Assembly: GCA_963789955.1 (NCBI GenBank)
Contig: CAWBMV010000034.1
Location: 1,088,001-1,152,000 of the forward strand
Length of the DNA stretch: 64,000 nucleotides
DNA from: an uncultured Candidatus Rokubacteria bacterium
GTDB lineage: Bacteria > Methylomirabilota > Methylomirabilia > Rokubacteriales > CSP1-6
Direction: 5' to 3'
Shown here: positions 35,783-48,261 of the stretch, one piece after another
Position numbering within the stretch: the first letter of the stretch is position 1
How the letters are laid out: each line of letters starts with the position of its first letter
Notes under the pieces: generated by a model
Database searches by the model: none
Seen by the model: the letters and a program-made list of their open reading frames with translations, nothing else
Told to the model about the DNA's origin: nothing
Program-made: the position numbers and the translations under genes

Positions 35783-35879
35783 CGGTGCTTCAGCCGCTGA
35801 CGCCGCTCGCTCTGCGTTTTGATGTCTTTCCGTAGGATAGCGATTCCGGGTGCGGCGTGTGAACAGCTATAATCACGCG

Positions 35880-37634
35880 ATGCCGATCGCCGCCCCGCGC
35901 CGGGTGGGGGTCGCGGGCTTGCTCGGTCTGCTCGCCGGCGCGCTCGTCCTGATGCTCGCGCCGGGGAATCCAGGGGCCCTGAGACTCGCCGGCATCGGTC
36001 TGCTCTGGTGGTACGCGACCGTCGTCGCGCCGCTCGCCGCCCTGCTGCTGGTGATCGTCGTTCAGCGTGTCAGCCCCGGGCCCGCGTCCCGCCGGCCGAG
36101 GGTGTTGGCCGTCGCGGCCTGGACGTCGCCGGTGCTGCTGGCGCTGGTCGCCTCGCGGGCATTCTCGGGCATGCCGGACGCGCCGTCGCTCGCGCTGTCC
36201 GCGCTCGTCGCGCCGTTGATCGCGCTGCTCGCCCCGGCGTCGAGCGCGGAGCGCCGGCCGAATCTCGTGGCGCTGATGGCCGCCGGCGTTGGCGCCGGCC
36301 TGGTCATCTGGGCGAATCTGCTCCTGTTCGGGGACGTCGCCGGCCTGATCGGATTTCCGCGCTGGGCCGCCACGCTTCTGGCGACGATCATCGCGCTGCT
36401 CGCGATCGAGCTGGCGCACACCGCCGACGCCCCCGAGAAGGGTGCTTCGTCTCGAGAAGGCGCGGAGAGGCGCACGGGCCGGCGCGTCTATCGGATGGCG
36501 CTTCGTGGCGGCGGCCTCACCTTGCTCTACACGAGCGCGCTCGGCTTCGTCGCGCTGGTCGGGCTCGTCGCGGTCGCGCTCGCCATCTCGCCGTGGGGGG
36601 CTTGGCGAGCGGTCGCGTCGCGGCCCGCGCTCACCTTCAGCGAGGCGAGTGCGTGGGTGACCGACGGCCGGACCCTGGCCCGATCGACGGCCCTCGATTT
36701 CACCGAAGCCCAGCGGGTCACGGCGCTGAGCCCGGCGACATACCGCGTGCTCGAGCCCGGACGCTTCCGCGAGGGGCAGCTCCACCCCGGCGAGTCGTTG
36801 GCGCTCCGCGCCGGCGATCGGCTCGTGCTCGCCGCCGGCGCTCGTCTCCGGTTCGAGGCCGGTAAGCGGATCCCGGGATCGCCGGCGTCCGGCATCGCGT
36901 GGGCCGACCCGCCCGAGCGAAGCAGTCTCCCCTCGGTGCTGGGGGCGCTCGGCGCCACGGTGACCCTGGTCGGCGGAGCGCTCGCGTTCGTCGGATCTCG
37001 GCGTGCGCTCGCCGCGCCGACCATCTATATCGGATCGGGACTCTTGCTGGTGCTGGTGCTCGCGTCGCTCTCGCTCGGCGTGTTCGGCGCCTATGCCGCT
37101 CCCGGACTGTCGATCGGTGTGCCCACGCTTGCCGCCGTCTTCGACCTGCCCGCCGCGATCGTTCCCGGGCCGCGGGGCCGGATCCTCGGCGTGCTCGGCG
37201 CCGCGGTGCTCCTCATCCTGTTCGCGGCCACGGCCCTCGCGCTGCGCGACGTCATCAACCGGGCATTGCGGACGCCGGACGGGAAGGGGTCGGACGCGGC
37301 GGGTGGGCGAGCCAAGCTCGTCCGGCCGATCATGCGAACGTTCCTCGTGGTCGCGTGCGCCGCGAGCTTCTGGAGCGGCGACGCCTCACGCGCGCTGCTG
37401 ACCGGGCTCGGGCTGGCGGCGTCGGCCATGCTCGCGACTCTGCTCGCGGACGACGAGCCGGGAGCTCGGCTGGTCGGCTCGCTGTCCGGTGTGATCGTAT
37501 TCGCCGGCGTCTCGCTGCTCGGCGCGCGCCTGCCGGCATGGGCGGCCGCCGCCGGCGCGTACCCGGTGCTGGCGGCGATCCCCGTGGCGTGGGCCGCGGT
37601 CTGGCTATGGAACTTCGTCGCCTGGCGACGCTGA
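35880..37634 (+). CDS. Polytopic membrane protein, possibly a degenerate sodium:solute symporter-like fusion
   Basis: More than 12 hydrophobic segments; TATAAT 6 nt before the ATG. Confidence 0.6.
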   Translation: MPIAAPRRVGVAGLLGLLAGALVLMLAPGNPGALRLAGIGLLWWYATVVAPLAALLLVIVVQRVSPGPASRRPRVLAVAAWTSPVLLALVASRAFSGMPDAPSLALSALVAPLIALLAPASSAERRPNLVALMAAGVGAGLVIWANLLLFGDVAGLIGFPRWAATLLATIIALLAIELAHTADAPEKGASSREGAERRTGRRVYRMALRGGGLTLLYTSALGFVALVGLVAVALAISPWGAWRAVASRPALTFSEASAWVTDGRTLARSTALDFTEAQRVTALSPATYRVLEPGRFREGQLHPGESLALRAGDRLVLAAGARLRFEAGKRIPGSPASGIAWADPPERSSLPSVLGALGATVTLVGGALAFVGSRRALAAPTIYIGSGLLLVLVLASLSLGVFGAYAAPGLSIGVPTLAAVFDLPAAIVPGPRGRILGVLGAAVLLILFAATALALRDVINRALRTPDGKGSDAAGGRAKLVRPIMRTFLVVACAASFWSGDASRALLTGLGLAASAMLATLLADDEPGARLVGSLSGVIVFAGVSLLGARLPAWAAAAGAYPVLAAIPVAWAAVWLWNFVAWRR

Positions 37635-37642
37635 GAGCGCGG

Positions 37643-37738
37643 TGGGGCCCCGCCGGCGAGGCGAGCCTGATAGTGGTCGTGCGAGCCGCAGGCCGTCGCG
37701 GGGCTGGGGCCCCGTCGGCCGAGACGAGCCTTATAATG
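37643..37738 (+). repeat. Imperfect ~33-bp direct repeat upstream of uvrA; second copy carries the TATAAT
   Basis: TGGGGCCCCGCCGGCGAGGCGAGCCTGATAGTG vs TGGGGCCCCGTCGGCCGAGACGAGCCTTATAATG. Confidence 0.7.
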
Positions 37739-37745
37739 AGTCGCC

Positions 37746-40541
37746 ATGGCCAGTGATCGGATCGTCGTCAGAGGCGCCCGCGAGCACAATCTCAAGAACA
37801 TCGACCTCGAGATCCCGCGTGACCAGCTCGTCGTGATCACCGGGCTCTCGGGCTCCGGCAAATCGTCGCTCGCCTTCGACACGATTTATGCCGAAGGCCA
37901 GCGGCGTTACGTCGAATCGCTGTCGGCGTACGCCCGGCAGTTCCTCGAGCAGATGGAGAAGCCCGAGGTGGACTCGATCGAGGGGCTGTCGCCCGCGATC
38001 TCGATCGAGCAGAAGACCACGTCGAAGAACCCGCGCTCGACCGTCGGTACGGTCACCGAGATCTACGACTACCTCCGCGTGCTGTTCGCGCGGGTAGGCG
38101 TGCCGCACTGCCCGAAGTGCGGCCGGGTCATTTCCGCCCAGACCGTGCAGCAGATGGTCGACCGCGTCCTGGCCCACGCGCCGGGCACCCGGCTGCTGGT
38201 GCTGGCGCCGGTCGTCCGCGGCCGCAAGGGCGAGTACAAGAAGCTCTTCTTCGATCTGCAGCGCCAGGGCTATTCGCGGGTCCGCGTCAACGGCGTGGTC
38301 CGCGAGCTCGGCGAGGAGATCGAGCTCGACAAGAAGCGCAAGCACACGATCGACGTCGTCGTGGACCGGCTGATCGTCCGCGAGAACCTCGGCTCGCGCC
38401 TGGCCGACTCGCTGGAGACGGCGCTACGCCTGGCCGACGGGATCGTGACGGTCGAGACCGTCGAGAGCGAGGGCGCCAAGGGCAAGCCCGCGGCCACGAC
38501 CTTTTCAGAGAAGCTGGCGTGCGCGGACTGCGGCATCTCCTTCCCGGAGGTGTCGCCGCGCATGTTCTCCTTCAACAACCCGTACGGCGCGTGCCCGGAG
38601 TGCGGCGGGATCGGCTCGCGTGACGAGATCGATCCGGACCGGCTCGTGCCGAACCCGGCGCGCTCGTTGAAGGAGGGCGCGCTCGCGCCGTGGGCCGGGC
38701 GCGAGACCTCGTACTTCCGGCAGACGCTCGCGGTGCTGGCCAAGCGCCACAAGTTCTCGCTCGAGATCCCGTGGTCGGAGCTGCGCAAGCCCGTGCGCGA
38801 CATCATTCTCCACGGCGAGCGCGACGGCGGCTTCGAGGGCGTGATCAAGACGCTCGAGCGGCGCTATCGCGAGACTTCGTCGGAGGAGGCGCGCGCCGAG
38901 GTCGCGATGTTCATGACCGAGCGCCCGTGCCCGGCGTGCGGCGGCTCGCGGCTGCGGCCTGAATCGCTGGGTGTCAAGATCGCGGGCAAGTCGATCGCGG
39001 AGGTCGTGCGGCAGACCATCAAGGAGGGCGCGGCCTTCTTCGACGGGCTCAGCCTGACCGAGCGCGAGGCCGCGATCGCCCGCCGCGTCCTCAAGGAGAT
39101 CCGCGAGCGCCTCGGCTTCCTGATGAACGTCGGGCTCGACTATCTGACGCTCGACCGGCCGGCGGGTACCTTGTCGGGCGGCGAGGGGCAGCGCATTCGG
39201 CTGGCGACGCAGATCGGGTCGAGTCTGGTGGGAGTCCTGTATATATTGGATGAGCCGTCCATCGGCCTGCACCAGCGGGACAACCGGCGGCTTCTCGACA
39301 CCTTGAAGCGCCTGCGTGACATCGGCAACACCGTGCTGGTCGTGGAGCACGACGAGGAGACGATCAGGTCGGCGGACTATGTCGTCGACCTCGGGCCGGG
39401 CGCCGGCGAGCTCGGCGGCCACATCGTCGCGGTCGGGACCCCGGACGAGATCATCGCGAATCCGGACTCGCTCACCGGGCGCTATCTCGGCGGTGCGCTC
39501 GCGATCCCGATCCCGGCCACTCGCCGGAAGGGCAGCGGCCACTTCATCACGATCCACAACCCGCGCGAGCACAACCTGAAGGGCATGGCGGTGAAGATCC
39601 CGCTCGGGACGTTCACGTGCGTGACCGGCGTGTCGGGCTCCGGCAAGTCGACGCTCGTCAACGACATCCTCTACCGGGCGCTCGCCTCGATGCTGCATCG
39701 CGCGCAGGACCGGCCGGGGGCGCACGACCGTATCGAAGGGGCCCAGCGGATCGACAAGGTCGTCGACATCGACCAGTCGCCGATCGGGCGCACGCCGCGC
39801 TCGAACCCCGCGACCTACACCGGCGTGTTCACCTTCATCCGCACGCTCTTCGCGCGCACGCCCGAGGCGCGGATGCGCGGCTACCAGCCCGGGCGGTTCT
39901 CCTTCAACGTCAAGGGCGGGCGGTGCGAAGCCTGCCAGGGTGACGGGCTCGTGAAGATCGAGATGCACTTCCTGCCCGACGTCTACGTGACGTGTGACGT
40001 GTGCAAGGGCCGCCGCTACAACCGCGAGACGCTCGACGTGCACTACAAGGGGATGAGCATCGCGGCGGTGCTCGACATGACCGTGCGCGAGGCGCTCGCG
40101 TTCTTCGACGCGGTCCCGGTGATCAAGTCGAAGCTCGCGACCCTCGACGACGTCGGCCTCGACTACATTCGCCTCGGCCAGTCGGCGACGACCTTGTCGG
40201 GCGGTGAGGCGCAGCGGGTCAAGCTCGCGACCGAGCTCTCCCGCCGCGCGACCGGGAGAACGTTCTACATCCTGGACGAGCCGACGACCGGACTGCACTT
40301 CGCCGACATCCAGCGCCTGCTCGACGTGCTCAACAAGCTGGTCGATCAGGGCAACACGGTCGTGATCATCGAGCACAACCTGGACGTGGTGAAGACGGCC
40401 GACTGGGTGATCGATCTCGGCCCCGAGGGCGGCGACGAGGGCGGCCGGGTGGTGGCCACCGGAACGCCCGAAGAGCTCGCCCGTCGCGCGGAGCGTTCGT
40501 ATACCGGGCAATTCTTGAGACCGCTGCTCACGGGTTCCTGA
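37746..40541 (+). CDS. uvrA: Excinuclease ABC subunit A
   Basis: [33 protein letters not shown], two ABC cassettes and Zn fingers. Confidence 0.98.
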   Translation: MASDRIVVRGAREHNLKNIDLEIPRDQLVVITGLSGSGKSSLAFDTIYAEGQRRYVESLSAYARQFLEQMEKPEVDSIEGLSPAISIEQKTTSKNPRSTVGTVTEIYDYLRVLFARVGVPHCPKCGRVISAQTVQQMVDRVLAHAPGTRLLVLAPVVRGRKGEYKKLFFDLQRQGYSRVRVNGVVRELGEEIELDKKRKHTIDVVVDRLIVRENLGSRLADSLETALRLADGIVTVETVESEGAKGKPAATTFSEKLACADCGISFPEVSPRMFSFNNPYGACPECGGIGSRDEIDPDRLVPNPARSLKEGALAPWAGRETSYFRQTLAVLAKRHKFSLEIPWSELRKPVRDIILHGERDGGFEGVIKTLERRYRETSSEEARAEVAMFMTERPCPACGGSRLRPESLGVKIAGKSIAEVVRQTIKEGAAFFDGLSLTEREAAIARRVLKEIRERLGFLMNVGLDYLTLDRPAGTLSGGEGQRIRLATQIGSSLVGVLYILDEPSIGLHQRDNRRLLDTLKRLRDIGNTVLVVEHDEETIRSADYVVDLGPGAGELGGHIVAVGTPDEIIANPDSLTGRYLGGALAIPIPATRRKGSGHFITIHNPREHNLKGMAVKIPLGTFTCVTGVSGSGKSTLVNDILYRALASMLHRAQDRPGAHDRIEGAQRIDKVVDIDQSPIGRTPRSNPATYTGVFTFIRTLFARTPEARMRGYQPGRFSFNVKGGRCEACQGDGLVKIEMHFLPDVYVTCDVCKGRRYNRETLDVHYKGMSIAAVLDMTVREALAFFDAVPVIKSKLATLDDVGLDYIRLGQSATTLSGGEAQRVKLATELSRRATGRTFYILDEPTTGLHFADIQRLLDVLNKLVDQGNTVVIIEHNLDVVKTADWVIDLGPEGGDEGGRVVATGTPEELARRAERSYTGQFLRPLLTGS

Positions 40542-40544
40542 CGG

Positions 40545-41977
40545 ATGCGGCGGACCAAGATCGTCTGCACGATCGGTCCGGCGAGCAGCAGCACCGAGGA
40601 GCTCGATCGCCTCGTGGCGGCCGGCCTCGACGTGGCGCGCCTCAATTTCTCCCACGGCACGCACGACGAGCACGCGGACGTCATTCGTCGCATCCGCGAC
40701 GGCGAGGCGCGCTGGGGCCGACCGGTCGCCATCCTTCAAGATCTGCAGGGCCCGAAGATCCGGCTCGGGACGTTCGGCCCCGGCGGCGGCGCCCGCGTCG
40801 ACCTCGAGCCCGGCCGGCCGTTCACCCTCTGCGCGCATCCGGTGGAGGGGACCGTCGAGCGGGCGTCGATCACGCATCCCGAATACCTGCGAGACCTGCG
40901 CGCCGGCGACGAGATCTGGATGGACGACGGCATGATCCAGCTGCGGGTCGAGACGACCTCGCCGGACGAAGTCCGCTGTCGCGTGGTGGTCGGCGGGCGC
41001 ATCAGCGATCACAAGGGACTCTCGCTGCCGCGCGTGAAGCTGCCGGTGTCCTGCCTGACCGACAAGGACCGCGAAGACCTGCGCTTCGGCCTGCGCCACG
41101 GGGTCGACTACGTGGCGGTCTCGTTCGTGCGCTCGGCCGACGACATCGACGAGGTTCGAGCGTTCCTGCGCGCCGAGGCCGCCGATCTGCCGATCGTCGC
41201 CAAGCTCGAGCGCCACGAGATCGTCGCCAACCTGCCCGGCATCCTGAGCAAGGTCGACGCGGTCATGGTCGCGCGCGGCGACCTCGGCGTCGACGTGCCG
41301 ATCGAGGACGTGCCCCACATCCAGAAGGAGATCATTCGCCAGGCGCGCGGCGCGAAGGTGCCGGTGATCGTCGCCACCCAGATGCTGGAGTCGATGGTCA
41401 CGCATCTGCAGACCGACCCGCGCGGAGGTCTCGGACGTCTCGACCGCGATCTTCGACGGCGCCGACGCCGTCATGCTGTCGGCCGAGACGGCCACCGGAC
41501 GCTACCCGCACGAGGCCGTCGCGGTGATGGCGCGGGTGGCCGAGCGCGCCGACGGCGCGGTGCTGATCCTCGACCGCGAGCGGCGCCGGCGCTCCGGGCT
41601 CGAACTTTCCCGAAGCGATCTCTGACGCGGCCGCGACGGCGGCGCACGTCCTGAGCGCCCGCGCGGTCGTGGCGTTCACCGAGTCCGGCTTCTCGGCCCG
41701 GCTCATCTCGCAGGCTCGGCCCAGCGTGCCGATCCTCGCGCTGACGCCGTTCGTCGAGGTCCAGCGCCGGCTGGCGCTCTCGTGGGGCGTCACCTCGCGG
41801 CTCATCCGAAAGGTCGGGACGACCGACGAGATGATCGAAGAGGTCGAAGCCAACCTGCTCGGCGACGGCGTGGTGCGTCCCAACGACGTCATCGTCATCA
41901 TCTCCGGCTCGCCGATGTGGGTGCGCGGAACGACGAATCTGTTGAAGCTCCACCGGGTTGGCGAGCGCCGGACGTGA
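40545..41977 (+). CDS. pyk: Pyruvate kinase, frameshifted at ~41410 and ~41590
   Basis: [51 protein letters not shown]. Confidence 0.95.
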
Positions 41978-44900
41978 AGTTCGGGCTCAGGCGCCGATTC
42001 TCCCGCCGCCTCCTCCCGGCGCTCTTCGGTCTCCTGATGCTCTGGGCGATCGCGGGTGTCGTGGTCGCGGAGCGTGTCGTCGCGCGGTACGACACCGCGG
42101 TGAGCGCGACCCTGACGTCAGTCCGCGAGCTGGTGGCACTGGCCCTGGAAGACGTGCGCCGCGAGGCCTGGCTCCTCGCGCACGATCCCGCCGTCTCGGA
42201 CGGGATGGCGGAGAGCGACTGGGCCACGCTCGTGCGTGGCGCGCTGCCGAAGATCCTGGCGCTCCAGCAGGACCGGATCGCGGACCTCCTGCTGATCATG
42301 GACGCGAACGGCCTTCCGCTCATCCAGATGCCGCCCGCCAAGCAGAGCATCGCGCCCGCGGTCCTCCGGCCGACGGAGCCCTTCACGCAGGTGGCCCTCG
42401 TGGGCGAGCGACCCTACGTGCTGGGCATCGCGCCGACACCAGCGGGGATGGTCGTCGTCGGCCGGAGCTTCGATGCGCTCGAAGAATCGATCGCGACCCT
42501 TCCGTCCCGTCCGGCACTCGTGGCGGTCTCGAACGACCGCGCCCTCGGCGCGGTGTTGCCGGGCGCGCCGACGGCGGGCTGGACGGATGCGCTGCGGACG
42601 GGGCAGATCGCGATCGGCGGTGAGACGTGGCTCGCCCGACCGCTCCGCGAGGGCGGCGACCGCTTCTGGACCTTGCTGTCGGCGCGAGAGCACCGCGGCC
42701 CGGCGCGACGTCTCTGGATCTGGTGGGCCGTCTCGCTCGCCGCCGCGCTGGCCGGCGCCGTGGGTATCGCCGCCGTTTCCGCGTCGGACCGCGGCAAGGG
42801 CCGGCAGGAACGAAAGCCGAAAAGCCGGCCGTTGAACCGCGCGCGCCCTCGACCGGAGCCGGCTCCCGCGGCCGCCGAGCCCTTGCCCGCTGCCGCCGAG
42901 GCATCCGACATGCGCCGGAGCCGTGAGCTCGAGGTGCTGCATGCGGTCGTCGTGGCGACCGGGAGCGGCGACGACCTCGTGCTCACCGCCGAGCGGACCC
43001 TGGAGGTCGTGTGTGACGTCGCCGGGATCCACTTCGGCGGCGTGTTCCGCTTCGACCGCGCCACGCAGACCCTCGGCCTCATCGCCCATCGCGGGCTCGA
43101 GCCCGAGGACGTCGACCGGCTGCGTCTTCGTTCCCTCGACCGGAGCCACGTCGGCGAGGTGATCCGCACCGGGCGCGTGATCATCACCGACCTGACGGCC
43201 TCCCGCGTCTTGACGCCCGACGTCGTCGAGCGGGTGCGGGTCGGCGGCTACCACACGCAGCTCGCAATACCGATTCCGGTCAACGGCGAGACGTGGGGCG
43301 TGATGGCGCTCATCTCGAAAGAGGCGCGGACGTTTCAGGCCGACGAGCTCACCTTGCTCGAAGCGGTGGCGCACCAGGTGGGGCAGGTGGTGGCGCGGGC
43401 CTCGCTGCTGGCGGAGAGCCGCGAGAAGAGCCGTCGCCTCGAGGCGCTCGGCCGGCTCGCCCAGACGCTCACGGCCACCTTGTCGCCGGACGAGGTGTTT
43501 CAGCGGGTCGTCGACGCCGTGGTCGAGCTCTTCGGGTCGAGCGCCGCCCAGCTCTGGCTCGTGGACGAAGGCGGCCAGCATGTCGCGCTCCACGCCGTCG
43601 CCGGAGCCGATGCCTCCACCGGAGGCTTCGAGCGCGTGCGAGTCGGCGAGGGGCTCATCGGCACCGTCGTGGCGACGCGCGAGCCGCTGGCGACGGCCGA
43701 CGCGCTCACCGATCCGCGGACCCGCAACGTCGAGCCGACGCGCGCCGTCGGCGTGATCGGCGTGGGCATCGTGCCGCTCATGATCGATCAGAAGGTTCTT
43801 GGAGTCTTGACGATCGGCATGCGCGAGCGGCACGAGCCCACCGCCGAGGAGATGCAGCTCCTCGGCTCGCTGGCCTCGCATGCGGCGAACGCGATCAACA
43901 ACGCCCAGCTCTATCGCGAGGCGACGCGGCAGGCCCAGCGGATGAGCGCGCTGGCCGACCTCGGGCGGCTCCTCTCCGAGACGCTCGACCTCGACCTGGT
44001 CGGGCAGCGCATCGCCGACAGCGTCCGCCGGCTGCTGGGCGCGCACTCGTCGAGTCTCTACCGGATCGATCCGGACACGGAAGCGCTGGTGGCCTTCGTC
44101 GTCACCGGGGAGGACGGAGTCGCGATCCCCCGCGACACGGTGTTCCCGCGAGGCCACGCCCTCGTGGGCGTCGTCGTGCGAGAGCGAGCGCCCGTCGCCA
44201 CCGAGAATCTGCTGGCGGATCCCCGCTTCGTCTTCACCGACGAGGCCAGAGCGGCGATCGAGCGCGCGGGACACCGATCCGTGCTGGCGGTCCCGCTGCG
44301 TATCGGCGAGCGCGTCATCGGCGCCCTCGGCCTCGGCGACCGGGTCGGGCGCCGGTTCGATGACGACGAGATCCGCCTGGTCGAGGCGTTCGCCGACCAG
44401 GCGGCGCTCGCGCTCGAGAACGCGCGGCTCTACACGGAGTCGACGCGGCGCCGTCTCGAGGCCGAAGAGCTGGCGCGGCTGGCGCAGTCCCTGACGGAGA
44501 GCCTCGACCCGCGCGACGTCGGCCAGCGGATCGTCGAAAGCGTGCTCGGACTCTTCCAGGTTCGTTCGTCGGTGCTCCGGCTGCTGCGGGCCGACGGCTC
44601 GCTGATCACGCTCGCGGGCGGCGGCCGTTTCCGCGACGTCTCGCAGGTCGTCCCCGTGCTACCGGCGGGAGTCGGGCCGTCCGGGATCGCGATCGTCGAG
44701 GGACGCGCCGTGGCGTCGGTCGACGTCTTCAACGATCCCGCGATCGTCCTGAGCGACGACGTCGCCGCGGCGATGCGGCGCACCGGCGCCGGCGCGGTCG
44801 TTGCCGTTCCGCTGCGGGCCAAGGGCCGGATCATCGGCACCCTGGCGCTGGGCGACGTGGCGGGCCGAGTGTTCTCGGCCGGCGAGGTGGCGCTGCTCCA

Positions 44901-46619
44901 GGCGTTCGGCGACCAGGCGGCGCTCGCGCTCGAGAACGCGCAGCTCTATGAAGAGAACCGCCGCCAGGTCGAGGAGCTGTCGGTGCTCCTCGAGCTGTCG
45001 CGGGCGGTCACCGGTCAGCTCGATCGCGCGACCTTGCTCGAGGCCATCCGCGTCCAGGCCGGCCGCATCCTCGACGCCACCAACATGGCGATCGTGCTGC
45101 GCGACGAAGAGCGTGGCGATCTCGAAGTCGTCCTGCGTGTGGTGGACGGCGTTCCCGACATGCGCATGCCGCTCCGGTATCCCTCCCGCACGGTCGGGCT
45201 CATGTCGGCCGTGCTCGAGACCGGCAAGGCGCTGCGGACCGATGACTACCACGCCGAGTGCGCGCGGCGCGGGCTCGCGCCGGTGGAGACGTTCCCCGGC
45301 TCGCGGTCCTGGCTCGGCGTGCCGATGACCACCGGGGACATGGTGATCGGCGTGCTGACCCTGCGGAGCCAGACGCGGACCTTCGGCGAGGCCGACGAGC
45401 GGTTGCTGTCGAGCATCGGTCATCTCGCCGCACTCGCGCTGCGCAGCGCCCGGCTCTTCGAGGAGCGCACCCGGGCATACAGCGAGCTGGCCTCGGCGCA
45501 GGACCAGCTCGTGCGGACCGAGAAGCTGCGCGCGCTCGGCGAGATGGCCTCGGGGTCGCGCACGACTTCAACAATCTGCTCGCGTCGATCCTGGGCCGGG
45601 CGCAGCTCACCCTGCAGCGCTTGCAAGACCCGCAGCTCCGCAAGTGGCTCCAGGTCATCGAGCGCTCCGCGCTCGACGGGGCCCAGACCGTTCGCCGGCT
45701 GCAAGAGTTCACCCGCACCCGCCGCGACCAGCCGTTCGTGGCGGTCGACCTGAACGAGGTCGTCCGCGGCGCGCTCGAGATCACCCAGTCGCGCTGGCGC
45801 GAGGAAACGCGAAGCCGAGGCGTGGACGTCGAGGCGCAGACGTCGTTCGGGACCTTGCCGATGGTGGCGGGCGATCCGGCCGAGCTCCGCGAGGCGATGA
45901 CCAACCTGATCCTCAACGCCGTGGACGCGATGCCGACCGGCGGCACCCTGACCCTGACCACGCGCGTCGAGAACAATCTGGTCGTCGTCACGGTCGCGGA
46001 CACCGGTATCGGGATTCCCGAAGCGATCCGCGGCAAGATCTTCGATCCGTTCTTCACCACGAAGGGGCCGCAGGGCACCGGGCTCGGGCTCTCGATGACG
46101 TACGGCATCCTCTCGCGCCACGGCGCGCGGATCACGGTCGACAGCCAGGAGGGGCGCGGCACCACGTTTCGTCTGACGTTCGCGCCGGGCGCGGTCCCGG
46201 ACGTCGAGGTGAGCCCTCCGGCCGAGTCGGCGCCGCTCGGAGTATCGCTCCGGTGCCTGGTGATCGACGACGAGGCGGAGGTCGGCCGTGTCCTCGGCGA
46301 CGTGCTCCAGACGAGTGGGCACCGCGTCGTCGTGCTCGGCGACGGCGCCGAGGCGATCGCGCAGTTCCGTGCCGAGGCCTTCGATATCGTGTTCACCGAT
46401 CTCGCGATGCCCCGCGTCTCGGGCTGGCAGGTGGCCCAGGCCGTGAAGGAGATGGCGCCGGCGGTGCCGGTCGTTCTCGTCACGGGCTTCGGTGTCGAGC
46501 TGACGGCCGAGGAGCGTCAGGTCCACGGCGTGGACATGGTGCTGGTGAAGCCGCTGAAGATCGCCGACGTCCTCGGCGCCGTGGCGCGTGCCGCCCGCTG
46601 GCGTGCCGAGCGAAGCTGA
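41974..46619 (+). CDS. Hybrid sensor histidine kinase: 2 TM, 5 GAF, HisKA, HATPase, receiver; one indel at ~45555
   Basis: Repeated QAALALENARLY GAF ends; EKLRALGEMA / AHDFNNLL; FDPFFTTKG..GTGLGLS; TDLAMP receiver motif. Confidence 0.9.
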
Positions 46620-46635
46620 GAGGAGGACGACCTTG

Positions 46636-47424
46636 ATGGACTTCAAGTTCCTGACCCTCGAGCGCCATGACGGGGTCGCGACGATCACGCTCAACCGGCC
46701 CGACGCGTTCAACGCGCTGAGCCTCGGCCTCGGCCGCGACCTCTTCCACGCCGCGCTCGAGGTCGACGAGGACCCGGCCGTGCGCTGCGTCGTCGTCACC
46801 GGCGCGGGCCGGGCATTTTGCGCCGGCGGCGACGTCAAAGACTTCGTCGACAATCTCGAGCGCATCGGCGTGCTGGTGAAGGAGCTCACGACCTATCTGC
46901 ACGGCGCGGTGTCCCGGTTCTGCCGGACCGACAAGCCGATCATCATGGCGGTCAACGGCGTCGCGGCGGGCGGCGGCCTGAGCTTCGCGCTCTCCGGCGA
47001 CCTGGTCGTCGCCGCTGAGTCGGCGCGGTTCACGATGGCCTACTCGAAGATCGCGGCCACCCCCGACGGCTCGTCGTCGTACTTTCTGCCGCGCCTCGTC
47101 GGGCTGCGCCGCGCGATGGAGCTCTACTTCACCAACCGCGTGCTCTCGGCGCGCGAAGCACTCGAGTGGGGGCTGGTGACGCGCGTGGTGCCCGACGCAG
47201 AGCTCGCGTCGACGGTCGCCGCGATGGCGCGCGAGCTGGCCCAGGGCCCGACGAAGGCGTTCGGCGGCGCCAAGCGCCTCTTCCACCAGTCGACGTGGGA
47301 GAGCCTGGAGACGCAGATGGAGCTCGAGGCGCAGGCGATCGCGGCGAGCGGCCATACCGAGGACTTCCGGGCCGGCGTCACGGCGTTCGCGCGCAAACAG
47401 ACGCCGACGTTCCGCGGACGGTGA
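46636..47424 (+). CDS. Enoyl-CoA hydratase/isomerase family protein
   Basis: LNRPDAFNAL, FCAGGDV, NGVAAGGG. Confidence 0.92.
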   Translation: MDFKFLTLERHDGVATITLNRPDAFNALSLGLGRDLFHAALEVDEDPAVRCVVVTGAGRAFCAGGDVKDFVDNLERIGVLVKELTTYLHGAVSRFCRTDKPIIMAVNGVAAGGGLSFALSGDLVVAAESARFTMAYSKIAATPDGSSSYFLPRLVGLRRAMELYFTNRVLSAREALEWGLVTRVVPDAELASTVAAMARELAQGPTKAFGGAKRLFHQSTWESLETQMELEAQAIAASGHTEDFRAGVTAFARKQTPTFRGR

Positions 47425-47484
47425 GCGGCGCTGGGCCGGAACGTCCTCGGGTACAATTGGTGACGAGTCGCTCAGGAGGCCTCG

Positions 47485-48261
47485 ATGAACGACAGCGCTA
47501 CGCGGGTATCCGGAACCAGAGCCCGGTTCTTCTACCGGCCGGGCTGATCGTCCTGCGCCAAGACGAAGGAGCTCCTCACGTCTTGGGGGGTCGAGTTCGA
47601 CCCGGTCGATACGCAAGCTCACCCGGAAGGCTACGAGGAACTGGCGCGCCTGGGAATCCAGCGCGTCCCGGCGCTGACCATCGGGGATCGCGCCGCGCAC
47701 GGATGGAACCCGCCGGCGTATGCGGAGCTCCTCGGGATCCCGTACTCGGAGACGATCAAGCTGGCTCCGGCCGTGCTCGCCCAGCGGCTCGACATCGTGC
47801 TCGACACGAACCAGCAGCTGATGGGTATCGTCCCCGAGCGGCACCTGAACTGGCGACCGCCCGAGCGCAATCGGACGCTCCGCAACCTCGGCTACCACGT
47901 CTTCCGGCTCTCGCTCGCGTTCGTGGACGGAATGGATCTCGGTGAGTTCCCCGAATCGTGGCTGCTCGACGAGGCGCCCGACGATCTCTCGGACGGTCCG
48001 GCCATCGCGCGCTACGGCGCGCTCGTGCGTGGACGTATCGCCGGCTGGTTCGAAGGCGCGTCCCCGTCCGAGTTCTCGCGCGTGATCAGGGTGTACTACG
48101 GCCCGCAGTCCGGCCACGACCTGCTCGAGCGCACGACGTGGCACGCCGCGCAGCACCTGCGCCAGCTCTACGCCCTCTCCGAACGGCTCGACATCAAGCC
48201 GCCGGTGCCGATGCCGAGCGAAGCCTTCAAGGGCCTGCCGCTTCCTGCCGCGCTCTGGTGA
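47485..48261 (+). CDS. Glutaredoxin-like (USSC, probable Sec21) fused to a DinB-family domain
   Basis: AGGAGG SD, ATG 47485, FFYRPG-TGA(47545)-SSCAKTKELL..GIQRVPALTIG, in frame with ORF 47773..48261 (GYHVF, WHAAQHLRQ). Confidence 0.82.
47558..47586 (+). promoter_or_regulatory. SECIS-like hairpin
   Basis: CCAAGACG/CGUCUUGG stem starting 10 nt after the UGA; inner AGG-AGCU-CCU apex. Confidence 0.6.

Noticed and set aside
35660..35840. Riboswitch (cobalamin or c-di-GMP) upstream of the PIG-L operon
   Set aside because: Only fragmentary resemblance; core conserved elements not found by eye
38505..41495. Long antisense and alternate-frame ORFs (e.g. 996 aa opposite uvrA; 42118..44274; 46480..48564)
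   Set aside because: Shadow ORFs of high-GC coding strands; Arg/Pro-rich with no recognisable motifs
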